NCBI GenBank assembly: GCA_937863385.1
Contig: CALMBW010000003.1
Coordinates: 62,300 to 86,299 of the forward strand
DNA length: 24,000 bases
DNA from: an uncultured Actinomycetes bacterium
GTDB lineage: Bacteria > Actinomycetota > CADDZG01 > WHSQ01
Reading direction: 5' to 3'
Every line of letters starts with the position of its first letter. Positions within the stretch are counted from its first letter, which is position 1. A program made the translations under genes and the position numbers. Positions 16,568 to 23,554 of this stretch are shown piece by piece. The notes below the pieces were generated by a model, which was not told the DNA's origin, searched no databases, and saw only the letters and a list, made by a program, of their open reading frames with translations.

Positions 16568-17308
16568 TCAGTTCAGGTGCGTCTCGGCACCTTCGAAGGG
16601 ACGATCCTTGACTGGTTCAAAGGCGCGCATCGACCGTGGATGCGCCCAAACGAGTGGAAGATCGAAAGCCGCTGCCAGATGCTTCGCCGCGACCTCCCCT
16701 ACTTCCTTGACCGAGCGCCGAACCCCCGTTTCGGCCTCGACCGAGGTGACCCATCGGTCGGTGATGCCACAGGGAACGATACCCGAGAACATGTCGAGGT
16801 CTGTCGTGACGTTGAAGGCGAAACCGTGCATCGTGATGCCCCGGGTGATCTTCACCCCGATGGCGCCGATCTTGTTGTTGCCGACCCAGACCCCGGTGTG
16901 CTCGTCGTCACGAACCGCCTCGACCCCCAGCTCGGCCGCGGTATCGACCAGGACCCCTTCTAACTTGCGGAGGTAGCTGATCACGTCGTACCGCTCACCC
17001 AGTTTGAGGATCGGATACCCGACCAATTGACCGGGGCCGTGATAGGTGGCCCGGCCCCCCCGATCCACCTCGTATAGCGAGATGCCCTTGAGCCGGCGTT
17101 CCGATTCGTTGTAGATGACATCGTCCTTCAAGGCCCTGCGCCCCAACGTGTAGGTGTGGGGATGTTCGAGCAGAAGCAGCATGTCATCGCGGTCCCCATC
17201 GAGCCGGGCCAAGAACAACTCGCGCTGCATGTCCCAGGCATCGGAGTAATCGACGCTGCCAAGCCACGAGGCGTTCAACGCGCCCCGTGCGTTGTCCCTG
17301 TCGGTCAC
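16568..17308 (-). CDS. lipB: Lipoyl(octanoyl) transferase
   Basis: Contains RGGRATYHGPGQLVGYPI, KIGAIGVKITRGITMHGFAFN and VPCGI. I moved the start to GTG 17308, with SD GGAGGA 4 nt upstream and 13 nt after the E2 stop. The 304-aa track version overlaps E2 by 160 nt. Confidence 0.9.
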   Translation of the reverse strand: MTDRDNARGALNASWLGSVDYSDAWDMQRELFLARLDGDRDDMLLLLEHPHTYTLGRRALKDDVIYNESERRLKGISLYEVDRGGRATYHGPGQLVGYPILKLGERYDVISYLRKLEGVLVDTAAELGVEAVRDDEHTGVWVGNNKIGAIGVKITRGITMHGFAFNVTTDLDMFSGIVPCGITDRWVTSVEAETGVRRSVKEVGEVAAKHLAAAFDLPLVWAHPRSMRAFEPVKDRPFEGAETHLN

Positions 17309-17321
17309 CCCGTCCTCCGGT

Positions 17322-18809
17322 CTACAGGTACTGCGAAAGGTCGGCCGAGAAGTCAGTCGTTTCGATGCGTTCCGCCAATCTGGCGAGGAACTGCGCAGCT
17401 TCGGCGCCATCGATGATCCGATGGTCCCAGGACAGCGGCAGGAATCCCCGCGACCGGATGGCGATCTGATCGTCTTCACCAACCACGACGACCTTCTTCT
17501 CGATCGCTTCGAAGGCGAGGATCGCGGTCTGGTTCTGCGGGATGATCGGAACCGAGAGCTTGCTCCCGAACGGGCCGGGGTTCGTGATGGTGAAGGTGCC
17601 GCCGGTCAAGTCGTCCGGCGTCAACTTCTTGCTCCGTGCCCTGGTTGCGATGTCGTTAACAGCGCGAGCCAGGCCCGGGATGTTGCGACTGTCGGCATCC
17701 TTGATCACCGGAACGATCAGTCCACCGCCCTCGAGCGCAACCGCGATCCCTAGATTGACGTAGCGCTTGACGAGGTTCGCTTGATTCTCCTCATCAAAGG
17801 TTGCGTTCAACTCGGGCATCTCCATCAAGGTGTCGCACACTGCCTTGCAGAGGAACGGCATGAAGGTCAGATTAAATCCCTCGGCCGCCTTGAATCCCTC
17901 TTTCGCGGCTGCACGCAACTTGACGACGTTGGTCCAGTCAACCTCTACCGCGTTCCAAGCTCGGGCCACGGTGCGCGACGACGCCACCATGTGCTCGGCG
18001 GTACGTCGGCGGATGTTGGTCCACGGAACGAGTTCCTCACGCGTACCGGGGTCACGCTGAGGTGCAGCGGCAGGCTGAGCGGCCGGCGCGGGTGAGGGGG
18101 CAGCGCCACCACCTGAAGCGGCTGCTGCTGCGGGAGCAGAAGGACGACCCTTGCGCTCTTCGATGAAACGCAGCACATCCTGCTTGCGGATACGCCCACC
18201 GGTGCCGGTGCCCGCAACGGTCGAGAGGTCGACATCGTTCTCTTCAGCCAGGCGCCGGACCAAGGGCGAGATGATGCCCCGCTTGGAAGTGTCCCCGGAC
18301 GCAGCCTGGCCACCGGCCTGCGCCGCGGCTGCTGCGGGCGCCGTCTCAGGCGGAGCCTGTTGCCCGGCGCTCGGCTCGGGCTCTTTGGTGGCGGCCGGCT
18401 TGTCTTCAGCGGGCTTCGCCTTCTCCTGCACCTCTTGTGCTTGTTGTGCTTGGGGCTGCTCGGCCTCTTGCTTCGGGGCTTCCTCTCGGGGGGCTTCCTC
18501 TCGGGGGGCTTCCTCTTTGGAGGCTTCGGCAGCTTGAGCTTCCGCTCCGCCGCCGGAGTCACCTCCGGATTCCCCTTCGCCTTCGATGACCGCAAGAGCG
18601 GTCCCGACCGAAACCGTTTCGCCCTCAGGCACGAGGATCTTCTTCAGTACGCCGCCCACCGAGGACGGAACCTCGGAGTCGACCTTGTCGGTTGAGATCT
18701 CAACGAGGAGCTCGTCCTCTTCGACGGTGTCCCCCTCTTGCTTGAGCCACTTGGTGATGGTTCCTTCGACGACGGTTTCGCCGAGCTGAGGCATCTTTAC
18801 CTCTGCCAT
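17322..18809 (-). CDS. Dihydrolipoamide acyltransferase (E2) of a 2-oxoacid dehydrogenase complex
   Basis: 495 aa. It has one lipoyl domain (EISTDKVDSEVPS), a long Ala/Pro/Glu/Gln linker, the E3/E1-binding domain (ISPLVRRLAEENDVDLSTVAGTGTGGRIRKQDV) and a catalytic domain with DHRIIDG. Confidence 0.93.
   Translation of the reverse strand: MAEVKMPQLGETVVEGTITKWLKQEGDTVEEDELLVEISTDKVDSEVPSSVGGVLKKILVPEGETVSVGTALAVIEGEGESGGDSGGGAEAQAAEASKEEAPREEAPREEAPKQEAEQPQAQQAQEVQEKAKPAEDKPAATKEPEPSAGQQAPPETAPAAAAAQAGGQAASGDTSKRGIISPLVRRLAEENDVDLSTVAGTGTGGRIRKQDVLRFIEERKGRPSAPAAAAASGGGAAPSPAPAAQPAAAPQRDPGTREELVPWTNIRRRTAEHMVASSRTVARAWNAVEVDWTNVVKLRAAAKEGFKAAEGFNLTFMPFLCKAVCDTLMEMPELNATFDEENQANLVKRYVNLGIAVALEGGGLIVPVIKDADSRNIPGLARAVNDIATRARSKKLTPDDLTGGTFTITNPGPFGSKLSVPIIPQNQTAILAFEAIEKKVVVVGEDDQIAIRSRGFLPLSWDHRIIDGAEAAQFLARLAERIETTDFSADLSQYL
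18476..18520 (-). repeat. 15-bp tandem repeat x3 (plus a partial fourth unit) inside the E2 linker
   Basis: The unit gggcttcctctcggg occurs at 18476, 18491 and 18506, with the third copy degenerate. It encodes EEAPR-EEAPR-EEAPK. Confidence 0.85.
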
Positions 18810-18930
18810 CGAGTGCGGGCCTCCCTATTTCCGGCGGATCATGGTTAGAGATGGCGCCCCGTTGAAGTCGCTGGGTGGGGCGCCGCCTCAGATTACCGCT
18901 TACGCGTTGGGAGGGCTTCGACGAGCTTGG

Positions 18931-20355
18931 TCAGGTGACCTTTGCGATGCGCATGTAGTCGGTGCGTCCGGCCCGGCGCCCCGGGCTACCGGCGACGATG
19001 GCGACACGGTCACCTTGTCTGACGATGCCCGCTTGTTTCGCGCTGCGCCAGGTGCGTTCGACGTCTTGGTCGACGCTTTGGCCCTCCTCCGGCTGGTCCA
19101 CCTGCAGTGGCGTTACCCCCCACACCAGAGTCAGCGCGCCCAGGGTCTCGGGTTTGTCGGACAGACCGACGATGGGCATCGATGGCCGGAACGCCGCTAC
19201 CCGGAAAGGTGTCGACCCCGATCGCGTCGGACAGAGGATCGCGGCGACGTCTAGGTCCTCCGCAGCCAGTACCGCCGCATGGGCAACCGCCCACGACACC
19301 CGGTCATCGGACATGTGCGCTTGCAAGGGTTCGATCAACAGCTCGCCCTCGACCAGCTCGGAAGCCTCTGCGATCTCGCTCATCTTGGTTACGGTCTCGA
19401 CCGGGTAATCGCCGATCGCCGTTTCCTCCGACAGCATCAGTGCGTGGGTCCCATCGATCACCGCGTTGGCGACGTCGGCGGCCTCGGCCCTGGTAGGCAA
19501 CGGTGAGTGAGTCATCGAATCCAGCATCTGTGTTGCCGTGATGACCGGTTTCCCGGCGTCGTTGCACACAGCGATGATCTGCTTCTGCAGCAACGGCACC
19601 ATCTGCAGCGGCATCTGGATGCCGAGGTCTCCACGAGCCACCATCACCGCATCCGCGGCACTGACGATCTCGATCAGGTGCTCGATCGCCGTGGCCGTCT
19701 CGATCTTCGCAATGACGAGCGGCTTGCGGCCCTTGCGCGGCAGCGCCTCTTTCACACGCTCGATGTCGTGCTCGTCGCGCACGAAGCTGAGCCCGACGAA
19801 GTCAACCTTCAGCGCAAGAGCCTCGTCCAGCGCGGCGCGGTCGTCGTGTGTGAAGGCTTCGACCTTGCGCTCGGCGCGAGGGATGTGCATCCCCTTGCGA
19901 GATCGCAACCGTCCCCCGCGACGGACCTCGGTGATCACGTCACCATCCTTGATGTCCTTGACCGTCAGGACGATCTCGCCGTCGGCGAGGTAGATCTCTT
20001 CATCGACCTGGCACAGGGCACCGGCATCATCGAGCGTGGTTGAGACCCGCGTAGAGTCACCTTCGACGTCTTCGTTGGTAAGGGTGAAGATCTGCCCCGG
20101 GTGCAGTTCAACCTCATCACCGGCGACGGGACCCGTACGCATCTTCGGACCCGGCAGGTCGGCGAGGATCCCCACGACCCGGCCCAGCTCCCTGGCCTGC
20201 TCGCGAGCGTTGAGCACCGCGGCGGCATGCTCCTCCTTGGTCCCATGAGCAAGGTTGACCCGAACCACGTCGGCCCCGGCCTCGAGCAGAGCGCGTATCG
20301 CCTTGGGCTCCCACGACGCCGGCCCCACCGTCGCCACGATCTTCGTCCTACGCAT
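18931..20355 (-). CDS. pyk: Pyruvate kinase
   Basis: 474 aa with N-terminus MRRTKIVATVGPAS. It contains IAKIE, MVARGDLG and TQMLDSM. Confidence 0.95.
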   Translation of the reverse strand: MRRTKIVATVGPASWEPKAIRALLEAGADVVRVNLAHGTKEEHAAAVLNAREQARELGRVVGILADLPGPKMRTGPVAGDEVELHPGQIFTLTNEDVEGDSTRVSTTLDDAGALCQVDEEIYLADGEIVLTVKDIKDGDVITEVRRGGRLRSRKGMHIPRAERKVEAFTHDDRAALDEALALKVDFVGLSFVRDEHDIERVKEALPRKGRKPLVIAKIETATAIEHLIEIVSAADAVMVARGDLGIQMPLQMVPLLQKQIIAVCNDAGKPVITATQMLDSMTHSPLPTRAEAADVANAVIDGTHALMLSEETAIGDYPVETVTKMSEIAEASELVEGELLIEPLQAHMSDDRVSWAVAHAAVLAAEDLDVAAILCPTRSGSTPFRVAAFRPSMPIVGLSDKPETLGALTLVWGVTPLQVDQPEEGQSVDQDVERTWRSAKQAGIVRQGDRVAIVAGSPGRRAGRTDYMRIAKVT

Positions 20356-20459
20356 ACCCCCATTGTGAACGAGCTACGTGACCCCCCGGTTAACAACCGC
20401 CAACCTTCGACCCCCTCTCCCTGGTCGAAGGGCTACTAAGATGACTGCTCAAGGGCGGC

Positions 20460-21175
20460 ATGCAGAGCTTGATTCTCCAGCCAACCTCAACGACGACGGG
20501 GCGGAGAGTGGGGGTTTCTACGAGCGATTTCGACTTGGATGCGGAGCTGGGGTTCGAGATCGACCCTGTTACTGCTGCCGCCTACGCGAGTGCGGTGCTC
20601 GAATACGGCCCATGCAGGCTAGGGGATTGCTTCCTTCGAGAAGTCGACCTTTCCCAGGGAGCTTTCCGCGTTTCGATGCTGCCGTCAGATGGCGGAGCCA
20701 TCAGATGGGGCGGCACCGGTGAATGGGCTCCGAGTTCGCCGAAGGAGGGTCCGCACATAAATCGAGGTGATACTCCGGTACATCGTCTGATCCAGCAGAT
20801 GCTCGCCGCTCCAGGCGATCTTCTTCTCGCTGATGTTCCCTTCCTGACAAACGAAGCTTCCGACCGAACTTGGGAACCTCCATCGAATCCTCCGGGGCAT
20901 CTGAAGCGCGAGAGGAGACGGGCGACTTCGAGAACTACCTCGTGACGAGATGGGAGGACCTTGTCGACGTTAAGGAAGAGGAGGACCTGTTCCACTGTCG
21001 GTGGTCCGGGTCGTACCGAGAATTGGGCGTTCTGAGCAACCTGGAGGACACCAGCTTCATCGGTGATGGCTGAGTCGATGAACCTTTGCTACTTGAAGTC
21101 GCCAGGCGGTCGAAAGCCTTCTACCTTCAATTTCACAGCTACGACGGGCATCTCTTCTGGGTGCGCGACCACTAG
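20460..21175 (+). pseudogene. Disrupted upstream paralogue (copy A) of the unknown-family gene at 21254..21907
   Basis: Protein-level similarity to copy B runs through three pieces. The first is frame of 20460..20945 (...LGFEIDPVTAAAYASAVL...RTWEPP). The second follows a -1 shift near 20890-20925 into 20870..21073 (...DFENYLVTRWEDL...RELGVLS). The third continues in that same frame past an in-frame TGA (21071-21073) to ...SKAFYLQFHSYDGHLFWVRDH* at 21175. The start is uncertain (ATG 20460, GTG 20506 or TTG 20533). Confidence 0.55.
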
Positions 21176-21249
21176 ATCCGAGTGACAGCAGGGCCGTCGG
21201 CTAGTTCTAGGAGAAAGGTTTCGCCCTCGGACAAGGTCGGGTACGGGTG
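21172..21249 (-). pseudogene. Relic of the C-terminal 25 codons of a dihydrolipoamide-dehydrogenase-like (E3) gene
   Basis: The minus-strand translation is HPYPTLSEGETFLLELADGPAVTRI*. It aligns to the C-terminus of the intact lpdA in this window (HPHPTLSEVVGETFLGLAGRPLHGA*), and nucleotide similarity is also evident. Similarity stops abruptly at 21250. Confidence 0.6.
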
Positions 21250-21253
21250 AGAA

Positions 21254-21907
21254 ATGGTGGCCTTGAAGCTCAGCGATCTGGGATTCGAGATCGATCCCGT
21301 TGCGGCCGCGGCTTACGCGAGTGCCGTCCTGGCGTACGAGCCCCCTGGGTTTGGTCACTTCCTACTGGATGCGGTCGATCTATCCCGGGGAACCTTCCGG
21401 GTCTCCTTGATGCCCTCGATCCACGGAACCACGAGGTGGGGAACCACGACCGAGTGGGCACCAAGCGCACCCAAGGGCGACGAACGGCTAAGGGGAACCC
21501 CTCTCAACCGATCGGACCTGCCGGTGAACGCCTTCATCGAGTCGATGCTGAATGGACCCGGCGACATCTTGTGCGCGATTGCGCCGGAGGTGCCGGCCAA
21601 GCCGTGGGTGAGGACCTGGGACCCTCCTCCGTGGCCGTTGAACTATGAAACCCCCGCTGGATTCGAGAACTACTCGATCACGCGATGGGAAGACCTAGAG
21701 GCTTTCGACTATGCCTCCCTGTTGAGATGCCGGGCCGGGCGAGGTTCCCACAAGGAGATCGGTGTCCTGAGCGTGGGCATTGGCGGCGAGTTTCTTTCGA
21801 GTGGCCGGATCGGCGCCGAAGAGCTCCGAGCGATCGCACGCGGTGCGAAAGGCTTCTACCTTCGGTTCACAAGCTATGACGGGCATCTTTTCTGGGTGCG
21901 CGATTAA
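21254..21907 (+). CDS. Hypothetical cytoplasmic protein, unassigned family (copy B, intact, 217 aa)
   Basis: ORF-track entry. It is an intact paralogue of copy A and is followed by a strong terminator hairpin. There is no signal peptide or TM segment, and I recognise no motif. Confidence 0.7.
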   Translation: MVALKLSDLGFEIDPVAAAAYASAVLAYEPPGFGHFLLDAVDLSRGTFRVSLMPSIHGTTRWGTTTEWAPSAPKGDERLRGTPLNRSDLPVNAFIESMLNGPGDILCAIAPEVPAKPWVRTWDPPPWPLNYETPAGFENYSITRWEDLEAFDYASLLRCRAGRGSHKEIGVLSVGIGGEFLSSGRIGAEELRAIARGAKGFYLRFTSYDGHLFWVRD

Positions 21908-21917
21908 CTAAGCAGCC

Positions 21918-21945
21918 AAAGAGGGCCCCTTGTGGGGCCCTCTTT
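21918..21945. terminator. Bidirectional intrinsic terminator between copy B (+) and lpdA (-)
   Basis: 12-bp stem aaagagggcccc/ggggccctcttt with the 4-nt loop ttgt. It is flanked by A-run and T-rich sequence on both sides and sits between two convergent stop codons. Confidence 0.7.
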
Positions 21946-21964
21946 CGTTTGGTGGGTCGAGGGG

Positions 21965-23392
21965 TTAGGCGCCGTGGAGGGGGCGGCCGGCTAGTCCTAG
22001 GAAGGTCTCGCCTACTACCTCCGACAGGGTCGGGTGCGGGTGGACGAGAACGCCGAGCTCTTGCGGGTAGGCCTCCCACGAGGTGACCAGCATCGCCTCG
22101 GAGATAAGGTCCGAGGCGCGCGGCCCGATGATGTGGACACCGACGACGGCCCCGTCTTTCTCGGCGACGGTCTTCACGAAGCCCTGCCCGCCCCCGAGCA
22201 TCAATGCGCGTGCGTTGGCGGAGAAGGCGTAACGCTTGGTCACGACCTCCATGCCGAGCTCCTTGGCCTTGGCCTCGGTGAGACCGACCGCAGCGACCTC
22301 GGGCTGGCAGTAGATGACATGCGGGATGTTCACGTAGTCGACGATCGGAGCGTCTTGGCCCGCGATGCGCTCTGCAACAGCTTGCCCCTCGGCATACGCG
22401 ACGTGTGCGAGCTGCGGGTGCGGCCAGTTGGCTTCGGGAACGTGGATGCAGTCCCCGATCGCATAGACGCCGTCGACCGAGGTCTTGTAGGTCAGATCGG
22501 TGACGATGAATCCACGGTCGGTCTCGACACCAACCTCTTCGAGCCCGATGCCTTCGGTACGCGGCGAGCGGCCGATGGCGACGAACATGCGCTCGGCGGT
22601 AAGGGTCTCGGGCTTGCCGTCCTTCTCGACGCCGACCTCGACCCCCGAATCGTTGGCGGTGGCTCCGGTGACGGTCACCCCGAGCTTGAACTTGATCCCG
22701 CGCTTCATCAGAAGCTTGTGCAGCGCTTCGGAGATGTCGTCGTCCTCGGCGGGTGCGATCTTCGGAAGCATCTCGACCACGGTCACGTCGGCCCCGAACG
22801 ACTTGTAGATCGAAGCGAACTCGAGGCCGATGTAGTTGCCTCCCACCACGATCACGCTGCCGGGGATCGAGTCCGCAGTCAGGCCATGGTTGCTGTTGTG
22901 GACGCGGTCGCCATCGGCCTGGATGAAGGGCAACTCACGGGGGACGCTGCCGGTCGAGATCAAGACGCCCTTGTTCGCCTGCAGAGCACGTTCGCCGTCC
23001 TTGGTCTGCACGACGACCGTGCGGGGGCCTGCGAGCTTGCCTTCACCCTCGACGAGCTCGATCTTGTGGGCTTTGACGAGCCCGGACAGGCCCTTGTACA
23101 TGCGGCCCACGACGCCGTCTTTGAAGTTGAGGACCTTGCCCCAATCGACCTCGGGCTCGCCCTGGACCAGCACGCCGAAGTTGCCGGCCTCTTTGATCTC
23201 GTCCATGAGCTCGCCCGCGTGAAGCAGGGCCTTGGTGGGGATGCAACCCCGGTGCAGACAGGTACCACCGACCTTGTCCTTCTCGACCATCGCCACGGAC
23301 ATGCCGAGAGCGGTCGCCCTGAATGCGGCGGCATAGCCTCCGTTGCCACCACCCAGGATCACGAGATCGAACTGCTCCGATCCCTGTGCCAC
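21965..23392 (-). CDS. lpdA: Dihydrolipoamide dehydrogenase (E3)
   Basis: Has the FAD motif VILGGGNGG, the redox disulfide GGTCLHRGCIPTK and the C-terminal HPHPTLSE. I moved the start to GTG 23392 (MAQGSEQFDLVILGGG), with SD GGGAGG 4 nt upstream. The track start at 23404 lies inside that SD. Confidence 0.92.
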   Translation of the reverse strand: MAQGSEQFDLVILGGGNGGYAAAFRATALGMSVAMVEKDKVGGTCLHRGCIPTKALLHAGELMDEIKEAGNFGVLVQGEPEVDWGKVLNFKDGVVGRMYKGLSGLVKAHKIELVEGEGKLAGPRTVVVQTKDGERALQANKGVLISTGSVPRELPFIQADGDRVHNSNHGLTADSIPGSVIVVGGNYIGLEFASIYKSFGADVTVVEMLPKIAPAEDDDISEALHKLLMKRGIKFKLGVTVTGATANDSGVEVGVEKDGKPETLTAERMFVAIGRSPRTEGIGLEEVGVETDRGFIVTDLTYKTSVDGVYAIGDCIHVPEANWPHPQLAHVAYAEGQAVAERIAGQDAPIVDYVNIPHVIYCQPEVAAVGLTEAKAKELGMEVVTKRYAFSANARALMLGGGQGFVKTVAEKDGAVVGVHIIGPRASDLISEAMLVTSWEAYPQELGVLVHPHPTLSEVVGETFLGLAGRPLHGA

Positions 23393-23554
23393 GATGCCTC
23401 CCACCTTTCTATCCCGGCCCTGGCGGGCCGGCCTCGATCGAACTGGAAATGAAGAAGTACCTGGAGGTTACAACCCGGGCGGCCGGCCCGGCCTTTCACG
23501 GAATCTCCACATCCGCACCGGAAGCCATGGACATCGGCTTGGCACACTTACCTC

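Noticed and set aside
17309-17482. N-terminal 58-codon extension of lipB given in the ORF track
   Set aside because: It would overlap the E2 gene by 160 nt and adds non-LipB sequence. A GTG with a GGAGGA SD 13 nt after the E2 stop gives a normal 246-aa LipB.
17945-18595. 216-aa minus-strand ORF rich in Arg, Pro and Lys
   Set aside because: It is an alternative frame of the repetitive Ala/Pro/Glu linker of E2. The E2 frame is the one with recognisable lipoyl, binding and catalytic domains.
18853-18884. 8-bp GC stem (ggcgcccc/ggggcgcc) downstream of pyk as a terminator
   Set aside because: The loop is 16 nt and there is no U-tract. It is too weak to call as a feature, although it may contribute to transcript 3' end formation.
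20378-20722. 114-aa plus-strand ORF overlapping the start of copy A
   Set aside because: It is out of frame with the segment that is homologous to copy B. It is Arg/Cys/Pro-rich with no conservation in the paralogue.
20885-21075. Programmed -1 frameshift or TGA recoding (selenocysteine or readthrough) in copy A
   Set aside because: I found no slippery heptamer at the shift region. I also found no obvious stimulatory structure and no SECIS-like hairpin after the TGA. Pseudogenisation or a sequencing indel is simpler.
21089-21358. 89-aa minus-strand ORF across the copy A / copy B junction
   Set aside because: It is a different frame from the E3 relic and antisense to both paralogues. It has no motif.
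22034-23452. 472-aa plus-strand ORF
   Set aside because: It lies exactly antisense to the well-supported lpdA gene. It is a low-complexity Asp/Leu/Gly/Arg-rich shadow ORF with no start context or motifs.
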